A stretch of DNA of 64,000 nucleotides from Burkholderiaceae bacterium. GTDB lineage: Bacteria; Pseudomonadota; Gammaproteobacteria; Burkholderiales; Burkholderiaceae_D. The DNA lies in assembly GCA_031291325.1 (NCBI GenBank), contig JARLJG010000034.1, positions 3,141-67,140 of the forward strand. Reading direction: 5' to 3'. Positions 18,547 through 27,968 of the stretch are shown piece after piece; the stretch's first letter is position 1, and the number at the start of each line of letters is the position of its first letter. The notes under the pieces were generated by a model. It was not told where the DNA came from. It saw only the letters and a list, made by a program, of their open reading frames with translations, and ran no database searches. The position numbers and the translations under genes were made by a program.

Positions 18547-19689
18547 GTGACGACTGCTTTCCCAACCATAGAAATGAGACCACGATTGACCGAGCCGGAT
18601 TTCGCGCTGCGCGAACATATAGAACGCGCGACCGGGTTGCCTGCGCTGCTCGATTCATTTGCAGAGGAAATCGACAAGCTGAACCTGGTCGACGGCTTGC
18701 TGATCAACCTGCGCGACGCCAATAGCGAATTCCTGATCTGCCTGAAGATCCGCTTCACCGCCGAATTCGAGGCGCTTGAAAAGACTTATTACCGCTACAA
18801 GGTCGCCCTTTCCGGCGATGCGCAAAACCTGAACGCGCGCGCCTTCCATAGCCGTGGCATCGTGCAATGCGATCTCGAATCGGCTTCCGAGTCGCAACGA
18901 AATCTGTTGCGGGCATGGAACCTGCAAGAAATTGCGGCGATGGCGATTCTCGACGACGACGATTTCGGCCAGGCGCCGCTGGGAACCTTGCTGTTGCTCA
19001 AGCAGGAAGGCCAGATCGGCGACGATGTGTTCATTGCGGTCGAACAATTGATTACGCTCTTTTACCAGCCGCTGCGGCATGCGCTGCAGGCCTCGTTTCT
19101 GCGCGAACATCGCCAGCGTGACGAGTCGGTCGCGCTGCAACAATCGCGCTTCCTGCAATTTGCGGTCGAGTTGAATCGTTCGGCCTCGACCGAAACGATT
19201 TACCAGACCTTTGCCACCGAGATGTTTCGGCAATTCGCGTTCGACGGATTGGGATTCTTCTTGCTCGAAAACCGGTTGCTGGTCAATCAGCGCGTCGAAA
19301 CAGCGGACCCGCATTACGAACCCGTCAGCCGCGCATGGCAAAGTTATTTGCAAGCGCACCCGTACGAATTGAACACCGTCGACGGCGGCGTCTCGCACAC
19401 TTACCTGAAAGACTTGCCGCTGTTGTTTTACGATATCGAGCGCATCGTCAATTTGCCGATGTCGGAAAAAGACCGCCAATCGCTTCTTGTCTTGCAGACC
19501 GCGCGCACCCTATTGTTGGTGCCGATTCGGCGCAACCAGAAGCCGGTCGGCGTGCTGGTTTTCTACAGCCTGGAAGAGCCGGTCGACATTTCGGAATCGC
19601 AATTGGACTTGATTTGCAGATTGGCGTCCTTCTTTGGCGCGGCGCTTGCCAATATCGATCGCAATGCGGGCGCGGGCGCAGCGCCTTAG
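18547..19689 (+). CDS. Hypothetical protein with two GAF-like domains and no output domain
   Basis: Balanced composition, unlike the antisense shadow ORF. Two segments end in GAF-like patterns (...APLGTLLLLKQEG...LITLFYQPLRHA and ...LLLVPIRRNQKPVGVLVFYSLEEP...LASFFGAALANI). The start is uncertain: GTG at 18547 or ATG at 18574. Confidence 0.55.
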   Translation: MTTAFPTIEMRPRLTEPDFALREHIERATGLPALLDSFAEEIDKLNLVDGLLINLRDANSEFLICLKIRFTAEFEALEKTYYRYKVALSGDAQNLNARAFHSRGIVQCDLESASESQRNLLRAWNLQEIAAMAILDDDDFGQAPLGTLLLLKQEGQIGDDVFIAVEQLITLFYQPLRHALQASFLREHRQRDESVALQQSRFLQFAVELNRSASTETIYQTFATEMFRQFAFDGLGFFLLENRLLVNQRVETADPHYEPVSRAWQSYLQAHPYELNTVDGGVSHTYLKDLPLLFYDIERIVNLPMSEKDRQSLLVLQTARTLLLVPIRRNQKPVGVLVFYSLEEPVDISESQLDLICRLASFFGAALANIDRNAGAGAAP

Positions 19690-19719
19690 GCTACTTGCGG
19701 GAAGCTGCGCGCAAGCTGC

Positions 19720-20307
19720 TCAAAATGCAATATTCTGCAAGCGATACACCAATTCGCTGGAATTGGCCGCCGAAAACTTGCGCATCAGACGCGATCGATG
19801 CATTTCCACCGTGCGCGGGCTCAAGCCGATCTGGCGCGCGATCAGCTTGCTGGTCTTGCCGTCGATCAGCATGGTCGCCACTTCTCGTTCGCGCGGCGTC
19901 AACTGCGAATTGACCATGCGCTTGTCGCTGATGTCCTCGAACGACCAGATCGCCGCCGCGTGCGGATCGCCCGGTTGCAGCGAGCTGCCGCAGACGTGGC
20001 ACCAAAACAATTCGTCGCTGGCGCGCTTCATGATGCGCTCGTCGGCGTAACGTCCGCCTTCGCTCAAAACCGGCGCGATCTGGCCGCCGACGCGATTGAA
20101 TTCGTCGATGGTCGGATACAACAGGCAAAACGATTGCCCGACCAGCGCTTCGCGCCGGTAGCCGAACATCTCGATCAACGCGTCGTTGCACTGCTGGATG
20201 ACTCTGTGACGCGAGACGCACATGCCAACAGGCGCGTGTTGAAAGATCGTTTCGTAGTCGATTGTTGGCAATCCATCCATGTAAATCCGGCCAATCTGCA
20301 ATTGCAT
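19720..20307 (-). CDS. PAS-domain / LuxR-family HTH transcriptional regulator
   Basis: N-terminal PAS-like region (TIFQHAPVGMCVSRHRVIQQCNDALIEMFGY...). C-terminal LuxR HTH (LTPREREVATMLIDGKTSKLIARQIGLSPRTVEMHRSRLMRKF). The alternative start at 20280 is possible. Confidence 0.85.
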   Translation of the reverse strand: MQLQIGRIYMDGLPTIDYETIFQHAPVGMCVSRHRVIQQCNDALIEMFGYRREALVGQSFCLLYPTIDEFNRVGGQIAPVLSEGGRYADERIMKRASDELFWCHVCGSSLQPGDPHAAAIWSFEDISDKRMVNSQLTPREREVATMLIDGKTSKLIARQIGLSPRTVEMHRSRLMRKFSAANSSELVYRLQNIAF

Positions 20308-20512
20308 TTTTCAACCAACACCGCAACACCCATATCGCCGAACATGGCGCATGAACTCTGCGCACCACTGTACACAAAGTTGGGCTCTCTCGTAAAGAGC
20401 CGGCGTCTGCTTTTAAATTAATTCCATGTAATTTATGCGCACCGAGAATTGCTTTTGCGCATCTTTTGTGCACCGCAAAACGGCGCACGCGGCATCGAGG
20501 AATTGCCCGTTC

Positions 20513-21574
20513 TTAGCGCCTGATCGAGCGCAACTTCCCGACTATGCCCGTCGGCAAATAATAAACCGACAGCACGAACAGCACACCCAGCCAAAGCAGC
20601 CAGCGATCCGGCGACAACAAGGTCGATAGCAGAGGGATGTTTTGCGTCGCGCTGGCGCCGTGCGCCATCAAGTCTTCCAGGTAACTTTGCGCCAGAATGA
20701 AAATCGTCGCGCCGCAAATTGCGCCATACAGCGTGCCCATGCCGCCGATGACGACCATCAACAAGATGTTAATCATGATCTCGAACGACAGCGAGGTTTC
20801 CGCGCCGTTGTAATGCAGCCATAAGGCCAGCAAGGCCCCGGCCAGCGTCGCAAAGATCGCCGACAGGATATTGGCGGCGGTGCGAAACAACACCGTGTTG
20901 TAGCCGATCGCTTCGGCCCGAAACGTGTTCTCGCGAATCGCCTGCAACACCCGGCCAAAGCTCGAATTGACGATGCGCAGCATGCACAGGAACAGCAGCG
21001 CGGCGATGAAAAACACCAGGTAATAGGTTATGAGCTTGCCGTCGATGGTCACGCCGAGAACAGGCTCTTCAAACAATTGAAAGCTGGGCGACAACAGGTC
21101 CGGCACGCTGAAATTCAAGCCGTCTTCGCCGCCGGTCAGATCCGACAATTGCGACGCCAGCGTTTGAAATGCGAACGCCACCGCAAGCGTGATCATCGAA
21201 TAGAAAATCGCCCGCACGCGCAGGGAAAACATGCCGATCACCAGCGACAGCGCAGCCGACAGGGCGACCGCCGCACCGACGCCGATGAACAGGCTGCTCC
21301 ACGCCGGCCCCATTTGCACGCTGGCAATCGCCACGCCGTAAGCGCCGATGCCGAAAAACATCGTGTGCGCGAACGAAACGATGCCGGTATAACCGAGCAG
21401 CAAATCGTAGCTCGCCACCAGCGCGATGAAGATGATGACCTTGGCGGCGACGTTCAACGCTTTCGCGCCCGGAAACAGGAAGGGCGCGAACGCCAGCCCG
21501 AGCACGATCGACAACAGCAGCACGCTCAAGATGCGGCTGCGCGGCAAGTCGCCGGAAAGGAGGCGCGTTATCAT
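20513..21574 (-). CDS. Branched-chain amino acid-type ABC transporter permease (LivM-like)
   Basis: 353-aa polytopic membrane protein, last gene of an SBP-ATPase-ATPase-permease-permease operon. Confidence 0.85.
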   Translation of the reverse strand: MITRLLSGDLPRSRILSVLLLSIVLGLAFAPFLFPGAKALNVAAKVIIFIALVASYDLLLGYTGIVSFAHTMFFGIGAYGVAIASVQMGPAWSSLFIGVGAAVALSAALSLVIGMFSLRVRAIFYSMITLAVAFAFQTLASQLSDLTGGEDGLNFSVPDLLSPSFQLFEEPVLGVTIDGKLITYYLVFFIAALLFLCMLRIVNSSFGRVLQAIRENTFRAEAIGYNTVLFRTAANILSAIFATLAGALLALWLHYNGAETSLSFEIMINILLMVVIGGMGTLYGAICGATIFILAQSYLEDLMAHGASATQNIPLLSTLLSPDRWLLWLGVLFVLSVYYLPTGIVGKLRSIRR

Positions 21575-21581
21575 CTATACC

Positions 21582-22601
21582 TCATCGGCTGCTTATCGAA
21601 TACAGTCCCTGCGGACGCCACAACAGAATCGCCACCATCAGCAGGATGTTGGAAAACAGCGCCACCTTGGGCGCCAGGAAGCCGGTGTAATTAGCCACCA
21701 GGCCGATCAGGATCGCGCCGAGAAAGCTGCCGCTGGTGGAGCCGAGCCCGCCCATGATGATGACCATGAAGATCAGCACATTGACTTGCGCGCCCATTTG
21801 CGGCGTCACGTTTTGTTGGTACAGCCCCCACATCACGCCGCCCAGGCCGGCCAGGGCGGAACCGACCGCAAACACGCCGATAAACAAGCGCTGGATCCGG
21901 TAGCCGAGGCTCTCCACCATTTCACGATCTTGCACGCCGGCGCGGATCAACAAGCCGACCTTGGTGCGATTCAACACGAGCACCACGCAGACAAACACCA
22001 ACAAACCGAGCACCAGCGCCAGCAGGCGATATTTCTCGATAGCGACATCGCCCCACACCATCGATCCGCTCAACGCGACCGGCAAGGGCAAGGCGGCTTG
22101 CTGCGGCCCCCACACCATCTTGATCAATTCCTCGCCAACCACCATGCCGCCCATCGTCATCAGGATTTGCTTCAAGTGCTGGCCGTAGATGCGCCGTATC
22201 AAAACCCGCTCGAACACCAGGCCCGCCGCGCCAGCGGCCAGCATCGCCGCCAACGCCGCCACGCCCAGCGCCGCCAGATTCAAGCCCAGGTTGTCGGCAC
22301 TGGTCCATTCCGGCAGCGCGCCCAGCACCGTGACGGCGACAAAAGCGCCCAGCGCGATGAACACGCCGTTGGCGAACGTGAATACATCCATCAAGCCGAA
22401 TATCAGCGTCAGGCCGGAAGCGATGATGAAGATAATCATCCCCATCGCCAAGCCGGCCACGGTCAGCGTGATCCAGGTCGAGCCGGAACCGATCAGCGCA
22501 TATGCAATCGCCATCAGCACCGGCGCCAGCAGCAAGGGCATCCAGTCGATTCGTTTGGCGGCCAGCGCGGACGGCGCCGGATCGTGTGCTATCGCATTCA
22601 T
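21582..22601 (-). CDS. Branched-chain amino acid-type ABC transporter permease (LivH-like)
   Basis: 339-aa polytopic membrane protein, adjacent to the LivM-like gene. Confidence 0.85.
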   Translation of the reverse strand: MNAIAHDPAPSALAAKRIDWMPLLLAPVLMAIAYALIGSGSTWITLTVAGLAMGMIIFIIASGLTLIFGLMDVFTFANGVFIALGAFVAVTVLGALPEWTSADNLGLNLAALGVAALAAMLAAGAAGLVFERVLIRRIYGQHLKQILMTMGGMVVGEELIKMVWGPQQAALPLPVALSGSMVWGDVAIEKYRLLALVLGLLVFVCVVLVLNRTKVGLLIRAGVQDREMVESLGYRIQRLFIGVFAVGSALAGLGGVMWGLYQQNVTPQMGAQVNVLIFMVIIMGGLGSTSGSFLGAILIGLVANYTGFLAPKVALFSNILLMVAILLWRPQGLYSISSR

Positions 22602-22612
22602 TCTCGCTTCCT

Positions 22613-23359
22613 CTACTGATGCGCAGCCAGGGACAATCCCAGCAAACGGGTTTGCAGCGACTGATCTTCGGCCAGTTCCGCCATCGAGCCGCTATGCACG
22701 ATCCGGCCATCGTCCATTACCGCGACGGTATCGCCCAATTGTTTGGCGAAATTAAAATTCTGCTCGACCAGCAAGATCGTGGTATCGGTCTGCTTGAGTT
22801 CGCGGAAGGCGGCGATCATGTTGGCGATAATCGCCGGCGCCAAGCCCTTGCTGGGTTCGTCGATCAAGATCAATTGGCGCGGCTCGATGATCGCGCGCGC
22901 CACCGCCAGCATCTGCTTTTGGCCGCCGGACAGCTTGCCGGCTGGATGTTCCCAGAACTTCTTGATCGCCGGGAACAGGCCGAAAATCCATTCCAGCCGC
23001 TTGCCATCGATCTCTTCGAGCTTGCGCGCGCGGCGCGCCGCCAGCAACATGTTTTCGCGCACCGTCAGGTCGCCGAATATGCCCATGTTTTCCGGCACGT
23101 AGGCGATGCCGCTCTGCGCCAGTTCGGCGGTTGGCGTCGCGGTGATGTTGCGCTCGTCGAAAATGATCTGCCCGCGCGACGCCTTCCACAAACCCATGAT
23201 GGTGCGCAAGGTGGTCGATTTGCCTGCGCCGTTGCGGCCCAGCAGCATGGTCAACTGGCCGCGCGGCACGTGCAGGTCGACCCCATGCAGGATATGGTAG
23301 GCGCCGATGTGCGTATGCACGCCGTCGAGCTTTAACAGCGGCGCATTGTTCGTGCTCAT
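22613..23359 (-). CDS. ABC transporter ATP-binding protein (LivF-like)
   Basis: Walker A GRNGAGKST, signature LSGGQKQML, Walker B LILIDEPS. Confidence 0.92.
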   Translation of the reverse strand: MSTNNAPLLKLDGVHTHIGAYHILHGVDLHVPRGQLTMLLGRNGAGKSTTLRTIMGLWKASRGQIIFDERNITATPTAELAQSGIAYVPENMGIFGDLTVRENMLLAARRARKLEEIDGKRLEWIFGLFPAIKKFWEHPAGKLSGGQKQMLAVARAIIEPRQLILIDEPSKGLAPAIIANMIAAFRELKQTDTTILLVEQNFNFAKQLGDTVAVMDDGRIVHSGSMAELAEDQSLQTRLLGLSLAAHQ

Positions 23360-24165
23360 GCCGCCTCCTCTACCGGGGCCAGGCCAAGGTAGGCTTGCTG
23401 CACGATTGGCAGCGCAATCACGGTATCCGGCTGGCCGTCGGCCATCAGCGTGCCGTTATGCAAGACCACGATGCGGTCGGCCAGTTCGCGCACCACATCC
23501 ATCTTGTGCTCGACCAACAGGATGGTTTTCGCGCTGCGCTTTTTCAGGGCGCGGATCAAATCCAGGATCACCGGCACTTCGTCGACGCTCATGCCGGCGG
23601 TCGGCTCGTCGAACATGTAGATTTCGGGATCGAGCGCAATCAACATGCCGACTTCCAGCTTGCGCTGGTCGCCGTGCGACAGCACCGCCGCATGCACGTC
23701 GCGCTTGGCGGAGAGGGCAACCATTTCCAGCACTTGATCGGCGCGTTCGATCAAGTCGCGATGGTAGCTCCACACATGCAGCAGATCGAGACCCAGGCGA
23801 CGGCGCGCTTGCAGCACCAGGCGCACGTTTTCGCGCACCGTCAAATACGGAAACAGATTGGTCAACTGGAACGCCCGCCCGATGCCGGCATGCGCGCGGT
23901 CGGCGGCGCGCATATTGCTGATGTCGCGCCCGTTCAACAGCACCTGGCCGGACGACGGCTTGAGCTGGCCGGATATCAGGTTGAAATACGTCGTCTTGCC
24001 GGCGCCATTGGGGCCGACGATGGCAGTCAGCGTATCGCGCCGAAAGCGGCACGACACCTGGTTGACCGCCACATGGCCGCCGAAATGGATGCACAAGTCG
24101 CGCGTTTCCAGCGTTATTTCGCCGCTGTCGCGCGCACCTTCGTTCGCGGGATTTTGCTCAGGCAT
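23356..24165 (-). CDS. ABC transporter ATP-binding protein (LivG-like)
   Basis: Walker A GPNGAGKTT, signature LSHGDQRKLE, Walker B IYMFDEPTAG. 4-nt overlap with the next ATPase gene. Confidence 0.92.
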   Translation of the reverse strand: MPEQNPANEGARDSGEITLETRDLCIHFGGHVAVNQVSCRFRRDTLTAIVGPNGAGKTTYFNLISGQLKPSSGQVLLNGRDISNMRAADRAHAGIGRAFQLTNLFPYLTVRENVRLVLQARRRLGLDLLHVWSYHRDLIERADQVLEMVALSAKRDVHAAVLSHGDQRKLEVGMLIALDPEIYMFDEPTAGMSVDEVPVILDLIRALKKRSAKTILLVEHKMDVVRELADRIVVLHNGTLMADGQPDTVIALPIVQQAYLGLAPVEEAA

Positions 24166-24243
24166 CGATGGTTTCCGTGCGTGTCGCCAGAAAATGCAAC
24201 GGAATCCGGCTGTCGCGCAGCGCGGATTCCGTCGCGATGGGAT

Positions 24244-25422
24244 TCAACGTTTGTTCTGAATCGGGATATTCATTTCAGCCGGCGTGATTTCATGCACCAG
24301 TTCCGGCACGCCCCACGCGAATGCAGGATCGTCCTTGATCTTGAAATGGTACATCGATTGCATCGCCTGATGGTCTTCCTTGCGGAAGGTCATCGTGCCT
24401 TTCGGCGTCTCGAAGCTCATGCCTTCCATCGCGGTAATCAGCTTTTCGGTATCGGTATTGCCGGCAGTCTTCTTCAACGCTTCGACTACCGCAATGCCGG
24501 CCGCCATGCCGCCGGCTGTGAAAAAGTCCGGCGGCGATTTGAAGCGCTTGTAGTGTTCGGCTACCAGCCAGGTATTGACCGGATTTTTTGGAATCCCGAA
24601 GTAGTAGTACAGCGCGCCTTCCATGCCCGGCAGCTTCTTGAATGCCGCCATTGCCGGCAGGATATTCCCGCCTGTGGAAATTTCGATCCCATAGCGCTTC
24701 TTCAAATCCATGTCCGCCAATTTGCCGAACGGATCGCCGGCCCCGGCCCAGATCAGCCACAGCACTTTGCGGCCCGGCTTGTCTTTGAGGGAGTCGATGA
24801 TGCGCTGCGCGCCGGCGGTGAAGTCGGTGGTGGTCGGCGGCAGGTATTCTTCATGCACCAGCTTGGCTTTTTTCAGCGCGCCCTTGAAGGCCTTGATGCC
24901 GTCGCGCCCGAAGGCGTTGTCGGTGCCCAGCGTGGCCACGCTGACGCCATCCTTGTCCACCGCAACGGCGTTGGAAATGGCATCCTGCGACGAGTTGCGG
25001 CCGGTGCGGAAAATATAGCGGTTCCATTTGTCGCCGGTGATCGAATCGGCCACTGCCGGCTCGACCAGCAAAATCTTCTTGTATTCCTGCGCCACCGGCA
25101 ACATGGCAATTGCGACGCCGGATGCGGTCGGCCCGACTGCGATGTCGGCCTTGTCGTCTTGATAGGCGGCGGCCAGTTGCGACTTGCCGATATCCGGCTT
25201 GCCTTGATCGTCCTTTTCCACCACCGTGACTTTCTTGCCATCGACCTGCATGGTGCCCTTGGTCGCGTAGTCCAGGCCCATCATGAACCCGGTTTCGGTC
25301 TGCTTGGCGTAGGCTTCAAGCGGCCCGGTCTTGGAATAGATCAACGCGACGGTGACATCTTTTGCGTAAATCGGCGTGATGCAGCACAGCATTCCGGCTA
25401 GCGCCAGCAGGTTTCGTCTCAT
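24244..25422 (-). CDS. ABC transporter periplasmic substrate-binding protein (LivK/amide-urea type)
   Basis: The ATG at 25422 gives MRRNLLALAGMLCCITPIYA, a signal peptide. The track ORF extends to 25575. First gene of the Liv-like operon. Confidence 0.85.
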   Translation of the reverse strand: MRRNLLALAGMLCCITPIYAKDVTVALIYSKTGPLEAYAKQTETGFMMGLDYATKGTMQVDGKKVTVVEKDDQGKPDIGKSQLAAAYQDDKADIAVGPTASGVAIAMLPVAQEYKKILLVEPAVADSITGDKWNRYIFRTGRNSSQDAISNAVAVDKDGVSVATLGTDNAFGRDGIKAFKGALKKAKLVHEEYLPPTTTDFTAGAQRIIDSLKDKPGRKVLWLIWAGAGDPFGKLADMDLKKRYGIEISTGGNILPAMAAFKKLPGMEGALYYYFGIPKNPVNTWLVAEHYKRFKSPPDFFTAGGMAAGIAVVEALKKTAGNTDTEKLITAMEGMSFETPKGTMTFRKEDHQAMQSMYHFKIKDDPAFAWGVPELVHEITPAEMNIPIQNKR

Positions 25423-25689
25423 GTTCCAGGTCCTCTTGTGGGTTGGTAAAGGCCGGCCCTGAAATACCTTGGCATTCAGGACAAGTCTCAAGCGTTGTAA
25501 AGAATACTCCATGCCTGCCCGGTTCGGGTAGTCGTATAAATACGATACGTCAATCATCCTGCAAACAGGTTGCAATTCTGCAAATAATCTTGAGCATGGC
25601 GGTTAAATCGGCTATCCGATGTCGATTAAGCCGCAATCCAATCCTCGAGCTTGCGGTAAAATGACGCGTCTTCAGCAACTATTACTACC

Positions 25690-26574
25690 ATGACATATTG
25701 CGTTGCCATGCGGCTCGATGCCGGGCTGGTTTTCCTATCCGATTCGCGCACCAATGCGGGCGTCGATCAAGTCGGCACGTTCCGCAAAATGACGGTATTC
25801 GAAAATCCGGGCGATCGCACCCTGGTTTTGTTGACGGCTGGCAACTTGTCGATTTCGCAATCGATCCGCCAAATCGTCGCCGAAAAAACGACACCGGACG
25901 GCAGAAGCATCTGGACCGCGAAATCGATGTACGAAGCCGCGCAGATTGTCGGCGACGCGATCCGCCAGGTTCACGAGCGCGATGCCGAATCGCTGGCCAA
26001 GTTCGGCATCGATTTCAACGTCAGCATGATTTTCGGCGGCCAGATCAAGGGCGAGCGCTGCCGCCTGTTCCAGATGTATTCCGCCGGCAATTTCATCGAA
26101 TCGCACGAAGAAAGCCCGTATTTCCAGATCGGCGAAGCGAAATACGGCAAACCGATCATCGACCGCGTGATCGCGCCGTCGACGCCGTTGGACGAAGCAG
26201 CCAAATGCGCGCTGATCTCGATGGATTCGACACTGCGCTCGAATATCTCGGTCGGCCTGCCGCTGGATTTGCTGATTTATGAAACCGACAAGCTGGCAGT
26301 CAGCCGCTTCGTGACCATCGACGAAAAGAATCAATACTTCCAGATGATCCGCAATTCCTGGGGCGGTCAGTTGAAGTCGGTGTTCGAGGGCATCGCCAAC
26401 CCGGTCTGGAATGCCGCACCGGAAACCACCGCGAACGTGTTGACGACCGCCAGCACCCTGAGCCAGCCGGTGTACGCACCCTTGCCACAGACTTTGGCCG
26501 CCAAGACCGTATCAGTCAACATGCCACCGTTTCAAACGCTGGCGCAGCATGACGATAGTGGGAAACAGCACTGA
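25690..26574 (+). CDS. Anbu-type proteasome beta-subunit homologue (peptidase)
   Basis: MTYCVAMRLDAGLVFLSDSRTNAG... has an N-terminal Thr right after Met and an Ntn-hydrolase pattern typical of Anbu. Confidence 0.75.
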   Translation: MTYCVAMRLDAGLVFLSDSRTNAGVDQVGTFRKMTVFENPGDRTLVLLTAGNLSISQSIRQIVAEKTTPDGRSIWTAKSMYEAAQIVGDAIRQVHERDAESLAKFGIDFNVSMIFGGQIKGERCRLFQMYSAGNFIESHEESPYFQIGEAKYGKPIIDRVIAPSTPLDEAAKCALISMDSTLRSNISVGLPLDLLIYETDKLAVSRFVTIDEKNQYFQMIRNSWGGQLKSVFEGIANPVWNAAPETTANVLTTASTLSQPVYAPLPQTLAAKTVSVNMPPFQTLAQHDDSGKQH

Positions 26575-26581
26575 GTGACTA

Positions 26582-26665
26582 CTGCGGTGCGTCTGCATGC
26601 GTCGCAGCAAGAAGCTTTATACGACGATATCTGATGCTCGGTCCGCGCGCCCGGATTTCGCAGAC
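26582..26665. repeat. Degenerate direct-repeat copy of the purM 3' end and terminator (islet left boundary)
   Basis: ctgcggtgcgtctgcatgcgtcgcagcaagaagctttatacgacgatatctgatgctcggtccgcgcgcccggatttcgc aligns with 27969-28055 at roughly 80% identity by eye. Confidence 0.7.
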
Positions 26666-26782
26666 GCCGCGCCGCTAACCCGGACGTTGGGTGTTATGTC
26701 AAACAAAGTGCCGCGATCTGCCTGGATGTAAGTCGCTTTATAAGATAAAGTGTGGATGTCATCTTATTTTGTGAGTTGCAAA

Positions 26783-27223
26783 ATGTCGGAATTGATTGCA
26801 CCAAATAGTTTAAAAGACCTGGTGGACGCCAATGCCATCCGCCACGCCATCGTGGTGGCCGACAAGGCCGCGTTCAAGATCAACGTCAAATACGGCACGG
26901 TCGAGCGAACCGTTTCGGTGCGCACCCGTGGCGGACAGATCAAGGAACGCATGTTTACCTCGCTCGATGCGGTAGCCCGCTTCATGCGCGACAAAATCCA
27001 CTTGGCGCAGTACGAAATCAACGCCGTCAATTTCGACCCCAGCGCCAAGGCCGTTAAGCGGCCAGATACCGCCATGCGATTGACGGCAGCGCATGCCGCA
27101 TGGGCGCAGCAAAAAGTGCAAGCATCCCGTGACGGACTTGTCAACGGCGCCAACACGGTGATCGCGCCGAACGATTGGGTGGCTATCCGCGAGGCCAAGC
27201 AGCGGCAACGCGACGCCCTATGA
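26783..27223 (+). CDS. Putative antitoxin of a ParE module; unusually large (146 aa), with an unrecognised N-terminal domain
   Basis: The ATG at 26783 gives MSELIAPNSLKDL.... The stop overlaps the ParE start (ATGA at 27220-27223). I could not recognise an RHH or Phd motif. Confidence 0.55.
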   Translation: MSELIAPNSLKDLVDANAIRHAIVVADKAAFKINVKYGTVERTVSVRTRGGQIKERMFTSLDAVARFMRDKIHLAQYEINAVNFDPSAKAVKRPDTAMRLTAAHAAWAQQKVQASRDGLVNGANTVIAPNDWVAIREAKQRQRDAL

Positions 27224-27501
27224 AGCGTGTCCAGCGCACACAAACCTATCTGGATGATTTGAATGCGATCGAAGCGCGCATCATCGCGCAGGGCAACCCG
27301 CAAGCCGCCACCGATCTGTGGCTGCACATCGACGGCCAGGTGGAGTTGTTGGCCGACCCGAATCACCCACGCAGACGCGGATTGATTGTGCCGGACGCCA
27401 TCGAGTTGGTTGCCCACGACAATTATGTCGTGATTCTGGACGAGGACGACGCCACGGTTACGGTCTGGAACGTGCTGCACGTCAAGCGCAAATGGCCTTG
27501 A
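27220..27501 (+). CDS. parE: Type II toxin, ParE/RelE family
   Basis: 93 aa: MKRVQRTQTYLDDLNAIEARIIAQGNPQAA...ELVAHDNYVVILDEDDATVTVWNVLHVKRKWP. This is the typical ParE layout, with a C-terminal VLH..R.WP motif. Confidence 0.75.
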   Translation: MKRVQRTQTYLDDLNAIEARIIAQGNPQAATDLWLHIDGQVELLADPNHPRRRGLIVPDAIELVAHDNYVVILDEDDATVTVWNVLHVKRKWP

Positions 27502-27537
27502 TAGAAATTAATGCGAGCCTGACCCCTTTGATCTTTA

Positions 27538-27912
27538 TTATTTACAGCGACCTCTAAAAAGCAGATAACCGCCCCCCTGATAAGTTCCACGAGAAGTAAC
27601 GATATAACCATTTTTGCAATATTCCCGCTTACTCAATTCGGCTCGGAGCAAATCATCTACAACTTTATTTTCCTCACCACCCATATCCTTAATGAGGTCG
27701 ACACCAATAATAAAGTCAAATTCCTTCGTGCCATCGACTTCCACCCGCGTAAGCAAATTATACGTAGTATTCCTAAGCAAAGCACAACCTGCGGTGGTAA
27801 TGATTAAGCTATAGATTGAGGCATAAACAGCCAGTAAGATATATCTCAAAATTGCTGGATAGCACACGATTAATAATGCCCCCATTCGGAAACTCAAAGG
27901 GATCAGGCTCAC
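27538..27912 (-). CDS. Hypothetical small membrane protein in AT-rich DNA
   Basis: 124 aa with two predicted N-terminal TM helices (GALLIVCYPAILRYILLAVYASIYSLIITTAG) and a ~70-aa soluble tail. Local GC is far below the flanks. Confidence 0.5.
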   Translation of the reverse strand: MSLIPLSFRMGALLIVCYPAILRYILLAVYASIYSLIITTAGCALLRNTTYNLLTRVEVDGTKEFDFIIGVDLIKDMGGEENKVVDDLLRAELSKREYCKNGYIVTSRGTYQGGGYLLFRGRCK

Positions 27913-27968
27913 ATTAAAATCAACGGCGACCTACCCAATCGAAAAGCACAGCATTAAAGGCAAGGTGT

